64,000 nt of DNA from an uncultured Chloroflexia bacterium (GCA_963813535.1 CAWEZH010000003.1:480001-544000), one strand, 5' to 3'; shown: positions 11,075 to 20,434, numbered from the stretch's first letter. Made by a program: numbers and translations. Notes: a model not told the origin generated them from the letters alone.

Positions 11075-12739
11075 GTGCCCCGCGTCGGTGTGCTTGCCAT
11101 CGTCGCAGCCATCGTCATCGTCACGGTCGGCGGCCTCATCGTGGCGCGGACGCTCATCACGACCGGTCCCCTGTCCCCGGCTCGACCTGTCGCGCTCGAC
11201 GCTCCGCATTTCGTCGATGAGGCCAGCGGAGCGGGCATCGACCACGCGTATGGCGGCGATTACCCATATGTCGTGGGTGGCGGCGTTGCGACGTTCGACT
11301 GCGACGACGATGGGGCGCCGGACCTGTACCTGGCGGGTGGCGCGGACCCTGCGGGCCTGTACCGGAATCGAAGCGAGATCGGCGGGGCCCTGCGTTTCGA
11401 GCAGGTTGTAGCGCCCCTGACCGACATGTCCGGCGTCTCGGGCGCCTACCCGATCGATATCGATGGTGATCGGCATACGGATCTGGCCGTGCTTCGTCTT
11501 GGCGAGGACGTCATCCTCCGAGGACTCGGCGAGTGCCGCTTCGAGCGCGCCAACGAGGCGTTCGGCATCGATGACCCCGACAACTGGACGGTCGGGTTCA
11601 GCGCGACCTGGGAGCTGCCGTCGGCACCGCTGCCGACCCTGGCCTTCGGTGATTACCTCGTCCTCGACGACAAGGGCGAGTGGACCGGCGCCTGCGCGGA
11701 TGACCGACTCGTGCGACCGGCCGCGTCGGGCGATCGCTACGCGGCGCCGATCGCGCTCCGACCGAGCTGGTGCACGCTCTCGATGCTCTTCAGCGACTGG
11801 GACCGGTCGGGTCGCCGTGACCTGCGCGTTTCGAACGACCGGCACTACTACCGCGACGGCGAGGACCAGCTGTGGCGCATCGAGTCGGGCCAGCCGCCGC
11901 GCTCCTACACGCGCGAGGAGGGCTGGGCCCGACTGCGGATCTGGGGCATGGGCATCGCGAGCCAAGACCTCACCGGCGATCGCTATCCCGAGGTCTATCT
12001 GACCAGCCAGGGGGACAACAAGCTTCAGTCACTCGCGGATGGACCGAACGCGCCACGCTACGAGGACATCGCCTTGCCCCGGGGCGTGACCGCCCACGTC
12101 CCGTACGCGGGTGGGGAGAATCTGGCCTCCACGGCATGGCATCCGGCCTTCGAGGACGTCAACAACGATGGGCTCACCGACCTGTTCGTGAGCAAGGGCA
12201 ACGTCGACCACCAGCTCGATTACGCCATGAAGGACCCGAGCAACCTCCTCATCGGGCAGGCCGATGGCACCTTTGTCGAGGGCGCCGTGACGGCGGGCAT
12301 CGTCGGCTACGGCAGTGCGCGCGGGGCTTCCCTGGTGGACCTCAATCGGGATGGGTTGCTCGATCTCGTCCAGGTCATCCGCCGGGAGAACGTCCAGCTG
12401 TGGCGCAACGTCGGGTCGGGCGACGCGGCCGCAGCCCGGCCGATGGGCCATTGGTTGGCGGTGGACCTCGACCAGGCTGCGCCAAACCATGACGCGATCG
12501 GGGCGTGGATCGAGGTCCGAGCCACCGGTGACGTCCAAGCGGAGCGTGAGGTCACGATCGGTGGCGGGCACGCCAGCGGGCAGCTCGTGCCCATCCATTT
12601 CGGGCTCGGCGCCGCGACGTCGGCCGAGGTGCGCGTGACCTGGCCGGACGGCGAGGTCGGCCCGTGGCTCCAAGTCGCGGCGGACCAGGTCGTGCGGATC
12701 GAGCGCGGCGCGACGACGGCGCAGCCGCTGGCGCCATGA
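11075..12739 (+). CDS. CRTAC1/ASPIC-UnbV family FG-GAP repeat protein, exported or anchored
   Basis: N-terminal TM; repeated DxDxDGxxDL Ca-binding blades; C-terminal NHDAIGA...GGGHASGQ...HFGLG...VTWPDG ASPIC/UnbV signature. Confidence 0.85.
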   Translation: MPRVGVLAIVAAIVIVTVGGLIVARTLITTGPLSPARPVALDAPHFVDEASGAGIDHAYGGDYPYVVGGGVATFDCDDDGAPDLYLAGGADPAGLYRNRSEIGGALRFEQVVAPLTDMSGVSGAYPIDIDGDRHTDLAVLRLGEDVILRGLGECRFERANEAFGIDDPDNWTVGFSATWELPSAPLPTLAFGDYLVLDDKGEWTGACADDRLVRPAASGDRYAAPIALRPSWCTLSMLFSDWDRSGRRDLRVSNDRHYYRDGEDQLWRIESGQPPRSYTREEGWARLRIWGMGIASQDLTGDRYPEVYLTSQGDNKLQSLADGPNAPRYEDIALPRGVTAHVPYAGGENLASTAWHPAFEDVNNDGLTDLFVSKGNVDHQLDYAMKDPSNLLIGQADGTFVEGAVTAGIVGYGSARGASLVDLNRDGLLDLVQVIRRENVQLWRNVGSGDAAAARPMGHWLAVDLDQAAPNHDAIGAWIEVRATGDVQAEREVTIGGGHASGQLVPIHFGLGAATSAEVRVTWPDGEVGPWLQVAADQVVRIERGATTAQPLAP

Positions 12740-12749
12740 GGAGTCGAGG

Positions 12750-14135
12750 ATGTCGATGACGCGCGTCGCTCGTCTCGCCGAGGTGACCCTCCCGGACTTC
12801 GGACGCCCGACGACGACGCCCGACCTGCCCGCGTCGCTCTATGCGGCGCGCCTCGATCGACTGCGGGAATGCATGGACCGGCGCGGGTACGACCGGCTCG
12901 TCGTGTATGCCGACCGCGAGCACAGCGCGAACCTGGCCTGGCTGACCGGCTTCGATCCCCGGTTCGAGGAGGCAGTCCTGGTCCTCGGCTCGACCGGCGA
13001 GCCCGCGATCCTCGTCGGCAACGAGTGCTACGGGATGGCCGGTGCGGCCCCGCTCCCGATGCGACGCCACTACTTCCAGGACCTCAGCCTGCCCAGCCAG
13101 CCGCGCGACCGCTCGCGGCCGCTCGCCGAGATCCTCGGCGATGAGGGCGTCACGACGGGCGCACGTGTCGGCGTCATCGGCTGGAAGCCGTACGCCGACC
13201 GGGCGATGCTCGATATCCCCTCGTTCCTCGCCGACGAGCTTCGCCGGCTGGCAGGTCCGAGCGGCGTCGTCGAGAACGCCGTCGACCTGCTCATCGACCC
13301 GGCCGACGGTCTCCGGGTCATCAACGAGGTCGATCAGCTCGCGGCGATGGAGGCCGCGGCCTGCACGACGTCGAGCGGTGTGCGCAACGTGCTCACCGGC
13401 ATCCGACCGGGGATGCGCGAGCGCGATGCGGTCGCCCTGCTGGGCTGGGACGGCACGCCACTGTCATGTCATCTGATGCTGACCGCAGGACCGCGTGCGG
13501 CACTCGGTCTCCTCAGCCCGGGCGATCGTCCGATCGAGCGCGGCGATCCGTTCACGGTGGCCTTCGGGATCTGGGGCGCGTTGAACTGCCGAGCCGGGTT
13601 CGTCGTCGAGGACGCCGGCGGGCTACCGGCCGAGGCGAGCGACTACGTCGACCGCCTGGTCGGCCCCTACTTCGCGGCGGTCGCCGAGTGGTACTCGGCG
13701 TTGCGGATCGGGCAGACCGGCGGCGCGCTGCACGACATCATCGACCGCCACCTCGGCGATCCGTTCTTCGGCATCTTCCTGAACCCAGGTCACCAGATCG
13801 GCCTTGACGAGTGGGTGAACTCGCCGATCGGGCCGGGGTCGACCATCGAGCTCAGATCGGGCATGGCATTCCAGGTCGACATCATCCCGGCGACCGGGAC
13901 GCCGTACTTCACCTCCAACATCGAGGACGGCATCGGTCTGGCCGACACCTCGCTGCGCGGCGAGCTGGCCGCTGCGTATCCCGACGCGTGGGAGCGGATC
14001 CAGCGCCGGCGATCGTTCATGGCCGATGTGCTCGGCATCGAGCTCCATCCGGACGTCCTGCCGTTCTCGAACATCCCGGCCTTCCTGCCTCCGTACTTGC
14101 TCCGACCCGACCGGGCCATGACGATGGCCGAGTGA
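12750..14135 (+). CDS. creatinase/aminopeptidase P (M24)-fold protein
   Basis: creatinase N-domain (YADREH-ANLAWLTGF), NPGHQIG, NIEDG; several canonical metal ligands missing. Confidence 0.75.
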   Translation: MSMTRVARLAEVTLPDFGRPTTTPDLPASLYAARLDRLRECMDRRGYDRLVVYADREHSANLAWLTGFDPRFEEAVLVLGSTGEPAILVGNECYGMAGAAPLPMRRHYFQDLSLPSQPRDRSRPLAEILGDEGVTTGARVGVIGWKPYADRAMLDIPSFLADELRRLAGPSGVVENAVDLLIDPADGLRVINEVDQLAAMEAAACTTSSGVRNVLTGIRPGMRERDAVALLGWDGTPLSCHLMLTAGPRAALGLLSPGDRPIERGDPFTVAFGIWGALNCRAGFVVEDAGGLPAEASDYVDRLVGPYFAAVAEWYSALRIGQTGGALHDIIDRHLGDPFFGIFLNPGHQIGLDEWVNSPIGPGSTIELRSGMAFQVDIIPATGTPYFTSNIEDGIGLADTSLRGELAAAYPDAWERIQRRRSFMADVLGIELHPDVLPFSNIPAFLPPYLLRPDRAMTMAE

Positions 14136-15031
14136 CGAGCGACGAGGTCCCGTCGACGGCGATCGTCCTCGAGGGCGACGGTGCGACCCTGACAGTGGAT
14201 GCGGAGCATGGCGCGCGACTCGCGTCGCTCCTCGTCGACGGCCACGAACTCCTGGTCACGGAGGGTGACGGGCCGATCTGGTGGGGCTGCTACCCGATGG
14301 CCCCGTTCGCCGGGCGCATCCGCGACGGACGCTTCCCGTTCCGCGACCGGCTGTACGACGTCCCGCTGTCGTTGCCGCCGAACGCCATCCACGGGACCGT
14401 CCTGGACCGGCGGTGGGAGGTCACCGCCCGATCCGCCGAGGGCGTCGAGCTCACGACCGACCTCGGACCGGATTGGCCGTTCCGCGGCCGGGTTGTCCAG
14501 GCGATCGTGCTGGTGCCCGGCGGGATGGAGTTGGTCCTTCGGCTCGAGGCGGACGAACCGATGCCCGTCGTCCTCGGGTGGCATCCCTGGTTCCGGCGCT
14601 CTGTCGGCGGGGCCAGTGCCCAGCTGGCGTTCGAGGCGCATTCGATGTACCTCCGCGGGCCGGACGGCCTGCCGACCGGATCGATCGGGGCGCCCACCCC
14701 GGGCCCGTGGGATGACGCGTTCGCCGACCTGGTGACCCCGCCCCGGCTGACCTGGCCCGGGGTCCTGGAGCTCGACGTCCGCTCGACCGCCCCGTTCTGG
14801 GTCGTCTTCGACGAGCGGGACGACGCCCTCTGCGTGGAGCCACAGACGGCACCACCGGACGCGTTCAACCTCGCGTGGGCGGCCGGCGTGGAGCCGCCGA
14901 TCGCGGCACCCGACCACCCGGCGTCGATCGCGATGGCGTGGCGCTGGTCACGACCCGCCCGGACGACCGAGCGTCGGGCGATCACGCCTTCGAAGCGACG
15001 CCCTTCGGGTCCGGCACGTTCACGCCGGTGA
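14132..15031 (+). CDS. aldose 1-epimerase family protein
   Basis: PFAGRIRDG, NAIHG, GWHPWF, CVEPQT; GTG overlaps upstream TGA. Confidence 0.88.
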   Translation: MTSDEVPSTAIVLEGDGATLTVDAEHGARLASLLVDGHELLVTEGDGPIWWGCYPMAPFAGRIRDGRFPFRDRLYDVPLSLPPNAIHGTVLDRRWEVTARSAEGVELTTDLGPDWPFRGRVVQAIVLVPGGMELVLRLEADEPMPVVLGWHPWFRRSVGGASAQLAFEAHSMYLRGPDGLPTGSIGAPTPGPWDDAFADLVTPPRLTWPGVLELDVRSTAPFWVVFDERDDALCVEPQTAPPDAFNLAWAAGVEPPIAAPDHPASIAMAWRWSRPARTTERRAITPSKRRPSGPARSRR

Positions 15032-16235
15032 CCCGGTTCTTGCCGGCTCGCTTGCTGGTGTACATCGCCCGGTCGGCGCTGATCATCAGCTCGTCGGCGG
15101 TCTGCCCATCGTCCGGGTAGGACACGACGCCGACCGACATCGAGGGACGGATCGCCTCGTCCGGCAACCCGAGATCGAGCTCGTTGACGCCGATGCGGAT
15201 CTTCTCGGCGAGGACGAATGCGCCGGTCGGGTCCGTCTCGGGGAGGAGCACGACGAACTCGTCGCCGCCGTAGCGCGCCGCCGTATCGATGCGCCGGACG
15301 CCATCGCTCACGACCAGACCGACGGCCGCCAGGACCCGGTCGCCATGGAAGTGACCGAGCCGGTCGTTGATGGCCTTGAGCTCATCGAGGTCCATCATCA
15401 GGAGGCAGAACCCACGCCCCGATCGGGCGCTGCGGGCGATCTCCCGCTCCAGTGCCGCGAAGAAGAAGCCGCGGTTGAACAGCGACGTCAGCGGGTCGAT
15501 CGTGGACAGGCGGATGGCCGCGTCGCGCGTGCTGCGCTGCTGGCGGGCGATGACCATCGCGACGTAGGCGAGCAGGATCATGGCCGTGAGGTTGATGCCG
15601 ACCGTGGCGACCGTGAACGGGTCCGCAAGCACCGCCGGCGATGACCCGAGCATGATGGCCAGCAGGTAGCCGATGGCCGCGATCAAGGCGAGACCCAGCG
15701 TGATGCCGGGTGACACGACCAGTGCGGCGCCGCCGACGATCAGCGGATAGACGAAGAAGAACGGGCTCTCTGCCCCGCCGGTGAGCGCCACGAGGATCGT
15801 CGCGACGGTGATGGCCACGGACCCCTCGACGACGTACTTGGCGGGCCCGAGCGCCCCGGACGGGAGCAGGTCGTGGATGACCAGCACGAACACGCCGCCG
15901 AGCGCGAGCAGCATGAAGATCGCGGTCTGGCTCTCCGGCCACAGGCCAGTGACCCCGACGATCGTCGTGACGGCGAGGAGGAATACCCACGACGCGATGC
16001 GCACGACGCGGTCGTACGCGCGCGTGGTCTCGTCATCCTGGGCGCGATCGGCGTCGCCCCGACCGACCACCGCGGCAGCGGCCATCGCGCGCTCCGAGCG
16101 GACGTCCCCCCGGTCGTCGGATGGGGTCCCGGAGCGGACCCGCTCGATGACCGGCGATGCCACCAAACCCGCCATCACCACGAGATTCGCGAGGACGGCG
16201 ATGACGATCAGCGCAAGGATCGGCTCCAGCGACAC
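14982..16235 (-). CDS. membrane-bound diguanylate cyclase
   Basis: multiple TM segments; DPLTSLFNR, RxxD I-site (RRID), RYGGDEF. Confidence 0.92.
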   Translation of the reverse strand: MSLEPILALIVIAVLANLVVMAGLVASPVIERVRSGTPSDDRGDVRSERAMAAAAVVGRGDADRAQDDETTRAYDRVVRIASWVFLLAVTTIVGVTGLWPESQTAIFMLLALGGVFVLVIHDLLPSGALGPAKYVVEGSVAITVATILVALTGGAESPFFFVYPLIVGGAALVVSPGITLGLALIAAIGYLLAIMLGSSPAVLADPFTVATVGINLTAMILLAYVAMVIARQQRSTRDAAIRLSTIDPLTSLFNRGFFFAALEREIARSARSGRGFCLLMMDLDELKAINDRLGHFHGDRVLAAVGLVVSDGVRRIDTAARYGGDEFVVLLPETDPTGAFVLAEKIRIGVNELDLGLPDEAIRPSMSVGVVSYPDDGQTADELMISADRAMYTSKRAGKNRVTGVNVPDPKGVASKA

Positions 16236-16344
16236 GCACTCATATTAGCCCGGGTACTGGCCGAATTGGCCGTTGCGCCCTGGCGCCAACGCAACACAAC
16301 GGTGCGTACAGGCGCCACCGCTTCGGTGCACGCACGCGCCAGCG

Positions 16345-16842
16345 TCAGCGCGTTCCCCACTGGTAGGTCTGCTTGACCATGCGGAGATAGACGAACGTTT
16401 CGGTCTCGCGGACACCCTCGATCGAGCGCAATCGCTCGGTCAGGAATCGCAGGAGGGCTTCGTTGTCCTCGCAGACCGTCTCGATCAGCAGATCGTAGGT
16501 GCCGGCGGTGATGACGACGTAGTCGACCTCGGGCATCTCGGCGACCGCCTCCGCGACCGACACGAGCTGGTCGCTTTCGCAGCGGATGCCGATCATCGCC
16601 ATCTGCTGGAAGCCCAGCTTCAATGGATCGGTCACACCGACGATCTGCAGGATCCCGCGCTCGATCAATCGATTCGTTCGGGCGCGGACCGCAGCCTCGC
16701 TCACACCGAGCTCCGCGGCGATCTGGGTGAACGGTCGACGGCCGTCGGCCTGGAGATGCTCGATGATCCGCTTGTCGAGGTCGGAGACCTCTTCGCTGCG
16801 GGTCGACAGAGCACGCGGTCGCGACCGGGCGACGTCGGTCAT
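16345..16842 (-). CDS. Lrp/AsnC transcriptional regulator
   Basis: DLDKRIIEHLQADGRRPFTQIA HTH; AGTYDL RAM domain. Confidence 0.92.
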   Translation of the reverse strand: MTDVARSRPRALSTRSEEVSDLDKRIIEHLQADGRRPFTQIAAELGVSEAAVRARTNRLIERGILQIVGVTDPLKLGFQQMAMIGIRCESDQLVSVAEAVAEMPEVDYVVITAGTYDLLIETVCEDNEALLRFLTERLRSIEGVRETETFVYLRMVKQTYQWGTR

Positions 16843-16908
16843 GACCACAGGGTACGGCCTGCTGGTCGCGGCGAGGCCGTCAGTTTCGAATCGCTCCCCG
16901 GCTGGCGG

Positions 16909-17505
16909 TCACTTCGCCTTCGGCGAGGGTGCGGCGCTCGGGACGGCAGCCGTGGTCGGCTCGAGGACCACGGGCACGCTCGTGCGGGTCTTGAGGGGTG
17001 ACAGCAATCGGTCGGTCGCGAGCACGAGGTGGCCGAGACCATCGACCTGCGGTGCGCTGAGCTCGCTCGGCTCGGCCCCGGACTTCTTGGGACCCCAGAC
17101 GATGAGGATGTTGCTGCCGGCGATGGCGATCGGCGGCTCGCCCGTCCCGGGCGCTTCGCCATCGGGCCAGGCGAGGGCCTTCGACAGCGCCTTCTCCGAG
17201 CGGTATTCGGTGATCTCGAAGGGCCACCCGAGATACGTCCCGTACACCTTGGTGACGACGTCGGTCCCCTCGGCGCCGAGCGTCGCGGTGTTGGCCGTGA
17301 TCCGCAAGCCCGCCTTGCCAAGACCGGCGAACACCTGCTTGACGGTCGCGGGAGTGGGCAGGTGCGGGTTCGGGGTGGCGCGGGGCGTCGGAGCGATAGC
17401 GGGCGGCGCCGGACTCGCCTGCGCGCCGCCGCATGCAGCCGCGACCGCGGCCGCGACGATGAGCGCGGTGGCGGTGCGTCCCGTCCGCATCTGGGGCTGA
17501 GCCAT
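16909..17505 (-). CDS. hypothetical lipoprotein
   Basis: signal peptide with VAAAC lipobox and Pro-rich linker. Confidence 0.65.
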   Translation of the reverse strand: MAQPQMRTGRTATALIVAAAVAAACGGAQASPAPPAIAPTPRATPNPHLPTPATVKQVFAGLGKAGLRITANTATLGAEGTDVVTKVYGTYLGWPFEITEYRSEKALSKALAWPDGEAPGTGEPPIAIAGSNILIVWGPKKSGAEPSELSAPQVDGLGHLVLATDRLLSPLKTRTSVPVVLEPTTAAVPSAAPSPKAK

Positions 17506-17565
17506 GGCCGTGCGATTTTCGGGAGTAGGAGACCTCGGCGTCGACCCTACTTTGGTACCCGGCAG

Positions 17566-18483
17566 TCAGCCATCCAGCAGGCGCAGGACCGGCGCGAATG
17601 CCTCGATCGACCCTCTCGTGATCGGGTCGATCACGAGCTGCACATGGGCGATCCCCGCTCGGGCGTAGGCGCGGAGGGCATCGGCCATGACCTCCGGGGG
17701 GCCCTCGAGCGGTGGCGGTGGCGACTCCGCGTAGCTGCCCTGCACGCGACCCGTGCCGTCGGGGAACTGGATCAGCACCGCGACGGTCCGCTCGATGTCA
17801 GCCGGATCGCGGCCGACGTCGCGTGCCGCCGCGTCGACGACGTCGCGCAGCCGGGCGACGCCGTCCGGTGTATTGCCGATGTCGGCGAACCAGCTGTTCC
17901 AAGCCTGGACGTGGGGCGCCGCGATACGCAACATGCGCGGGCCGTTCGAGCCGATCATCAGTGGCGGCCCGGTCGGGCGCGGTCCACGCGGCAATAGCTC
18001 GCAGTCGCGCGCCTGGTAGAAGCGGCCATCGAAGTCGATGGCGCCGTCCTGGAGCAGCGTCCGGATGATCGTGAACGCCTCCTCGAACCGGTCGACCCGG
18101 TGGTCGAAGGGGACACCGAAGGCCCGGAACTCCGTCTCGTTCCAGCCGGCCCCGAGGCCGAGGATCAGGCGGCCGCCACTGATCTCGTCGATCGTGCTCG
18201 CCTGTTTCGCGAGGATCGCCGGGTTGTGGAACGCGGTACAGGCGACGAGCGGCCCGAACTCGATCCGGCTGGTGACGGCGGCGATCGCCGACAGCATCGA
18301 CCAGGCCTCCCACGGGCCACGCGGCGGGCGGTCCGGCCAGCGGTAGAGCAGGTGCTCGCCGAGCCAGACCGAGTCGTAGCCGAGGTCCTCGATCGCCCGG
18401 GTCATGTCGAGCAGCTCCGACCAGCGCGTCTCCCGCTCGACCTCGGGCAGCTGGATGCCGACCTTCAGCGGCCTGTGCGCCAT
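17566..18483 (-). CDS. LLM-class flavin/F420-dependent oxidoreductase
   Basis: GYDSVWLGEH, DEISGGRLILGLGAGW, PPLMIG. Confidence 0.9.
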   Translation of the reverse strand: MAHRPLKVGIQLPEVERETRWSELLDMTRAIEDLGYDSVWLGEHLLYRWPDRPPRGPWEAWSMLSAIAAVTSRIEFGPLVACTAFHNPAILAKQASTIDEISGGRLILGLGAGWNETEFRAFGVPFDHRVDRFEEAFTIIRTLLQDGAIDFDGRFYQARDCELLPRGPRPTGPPLMIGSNGPRMLRIAAPHVQAWNSWFADIGNTPDGVARLRDVVDAAARDVGRDPADIERTVAVLIQFPDGTGRVQGSYAESPPPPLEGPPEVMADALRAYARAGIAHVQLVIDPITRGSIEAFAPVLRLLDG

Positions 18484-18489
18484 CCGTGG

Positions 18490-19554
18490 CTAGTGCGCGG
18501 CGGTCGGGATGAGGGCGTCGTGCATCGCCCGCAGGTGGTCGGGCGTGCTGCCACAGCAGGCCCCGACGATCCGTGCACCGGCCGCGCGCATCTGGACGCC
18601 GAAATCCGCCATGGTCGACGGGTCGGCGCGGTAGACGGCCCGCATGTCGACGAGCTCCGGCATGCCGGCGTTCGACTTGGCGACGAGGACTACCTCCGGA
18701 TCCGCAGCGTGCATCCGCTCCATGACCGGCAGCAGCTCGTCCGGTCCGTTGCCGCAGTTGCCACCGACAGCATCGGCACCCCAGGCGACCAGCGCCTCGA
18801 CCGCCTGTTCGGGCGTGACGCCCATCATCGTGTGCCCACGGGTGTCGAAGGTCATCGTCGTGATGAGAGCGATGCCTGGCGAGGCGCGCCGGACTCCTTC
18901 GATGGCGGCTTTGATCTCGTTCAGGTCGGACATCGTCTCGATCCAGATCAGGTCGACGCCGCCGGCCACGAGCGACGCCGCCTGCTCGCGGAAGACGTCG
19001 ACGGCGATGTCGTAGTCCAGCGTGCCGAGTGGCTGCACGATCTCCCCGCTCGGGCCGATGTCGCCCGCGACCAGTGCGGTTCCGCCGGCGGCGTTGACCT
19101 CGGCACGGGCGAGGATCGCGGCCGTCCGGTTCAGCTCGTCGACACGCTCGCTCAGGCTATGGAGGCCGAGGCGCAATCGATTGCCGCCGAACGTATTGGT
19201 CATGATGATCCGCGACCCGGCGGCGAGGTAACCGCGCTGGATCCGGCGGATCACCTCCGGCTGCGTCAGGTTCCAGACCTCGGGCGGATCGCCGAACTGC
19301 AGCCCGTTGGCGAAGAGCATCGTGCCCATCGCGCCGTCGGCCATGATCGGACCCGGCTCCGCGAGCAGGTCGCGGAAGCGCTGGCTGGCCTTGCCGCCAT
19401 CGATCGCGAGGCGCATCGCCCGGTCGGGGAACCGCTCGTGGTCGACCGGTTCCAGCGTCGAGGCGGAGCCGGTGTCGGCCGTAACGGTGGTCCCGTCGCC
19501 GCGTGCGCCCGAGCGGGATCCGCGCGCCCGAAGGCCGCGGCGTGGGCTATCCAT
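18490..19554 (-). CDS. stand-alone homocysteine S-methyltransferase domain protein (split MetH/Bmt type)
   Basis: DGAMGT, TNTFG, IETMSD, GNCG, NAGMP, GACCG Zn ligands; start uncertain (19554 leaderless or 19416). Confidence 0.88.
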   Translation of the reverse strand: MDSPRRGLRARGSRSGARGDGTTVTADTGSASTLEPVDHERFPDRAMRLAIDGGKASQRFRDLLAEPGPIMADGAMGTMLFANGLQFGDPPEVWNLTQPEVIRRIQRGYLAAGSRIIMTNTFGGNRLRLGLHSLSERVDELNRTAAILARAEVNAAGGTALVAGDIGPSGEIVQPLGTLDYDIAVDVFREQAASLVAGGVDLIWIETMSDLNEIKAAIEGVRRASPGIALITTMTFDTRGHTMMGVTPEQAVEALVAWGADAVGGNCGNGPDELLPVMERMHAADPEVVLVAKSNAGMPELVDMRAVYRADPSTMADFGVQMRAAGARIVGACCGSTPDHLRAMHDALIPTAAH

Positions 19555-19610
19555 GGAGGGATGATAGCCCGCGCGACCAGCGGGTCGGCCGGATCGCTCT
19601 GCTGTGCCGG

Positions 19611-19789
19611 TTGACATCGATGCCCTGCCTCCGGCACCCTCCGCGCGATGCATCACGTCGTCGACAGCACCGCCACCCTGTCGCAGCAGCAGCCCGCGAG
19701 GGCCCGCTCGACCTGATGCCACGCGCCCGTGAGGGCGCCAGCCACGGATCTGAGAGGAACGCCCTCGGCACGAACGCCGAGGGCTTTTT
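19611..19789 (+). promoter_or_regulatory. promoter plus structured leader with intrinsic terminator (attenuator/riboswitch candidate) upstream of lysE
   Basis: TTGACA 19611-16 and CACCCT 19635-40; two GNRA hairpins; terminator GCCCTCGGC-ACGAAC-GCCGAGGGC-TTTTT at 19761-19789. Confidence 0.7.
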
Positions 19790-19813
19790 CATGTCCACCA
19801 TGGAGATCACACG

Positions 19814-20434
19814 ATGGAACCGGCACTGTTCGTCCGAGGCGTCGTCCTCGGCTTCACCATCGCGGCCGCGGTCGGCCCGATCAGCCTGCTCTGCATCCGG
19901 CGGACGTTGGCCGAGGGGCGGCTGGTCGGCATCGTGTCCGGCTTGGGCGTCGCCACGGCAGACGCGACCTATGGCGCCGTCGCGGCGTTCGGGCTGACGG
20001 CGGTCACGGACCTGTTGGTCGACTGGCGCCGCGCACTTGGGGTCGTCGGTGGCGCGTTCCTGCTGTGGCTCGCGTGGCGCACCTTCAAGTCGGTCCCGTC
20101 GGAGACGGCCACGGCAGGCAACGGCGAGGGCCGGCGAGGCCTGCCGGGCGCCTACCTGAGCACGCTCGGCCTGACACTGACCAACCCGATGACGATCCTG
20201 TCGTTCGCCGCCCTCTTCGTCGGTCTCGGGGTGACTGGGGGCGATGCAGCGGGCGCGACGCTGCTGACGCTGGGCGTCTTCACCGGCTCGGCGCTGTGGT
20301 GGGTCGTCCTCGTCACAGCGGTCGGAGCGTTCCGATCACGGCTGACGCCCACAGGTTTGCGCCGCGTGAACATCGTGTCGGGGCTCGTCATCGGGGCGTT
20401 CGGCATCGTGGCGATCGCCTCGGCGGTCCTGTGA
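19814..20434 (+). CDS. LysE/RhtB family exporter
   Basis: GFTIAAAVGPISLLCIRR, TLTNPMTI, GSALWW; 6 TM segments. Confidence 0.92.
   Translation: MEPALFVRGVVLGFTIAAAVGPISLLCIRRTLAEGRLVGIVSGLGVATADATYGAVAAFGLTAVTDLLVDWRRALGVVGGAFLLWLAWRTFKSVPSETATAGNGEGRRGLPGAYLSTLGLTLTNPMTILSFAALFVGLGVTGGDAAGATLLTLGVFTGSALWWVVLVTAVGAFRSRLTPTGLRRVNIVSGLVIGAFGIVAIASAVL

Noticed and set aside
9462-12739. Enediyne biosynthetic cluster suggested by UnbU/UnbV-like genes
   Set aside because: No PKSE, thioesterase or other enediyne cassette genes in the window; the context is sugar catabolism.
14982-15031. 50-bp convergent overlap between the epimerase and GGDEF genes
   Set aside because: Short 3' overlaps are common in high-GC genomes and the overlapping tails are low-complexity.
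19707-19756. Hammerhead ribozyme or TPP riboswitch (CTGATG, ACCTGAT, CTGAGA words)
   Set aside because: No CUGAUGA...GAAA core, and the TPP elements are in the wrong order; kept only as an unclassified leader.
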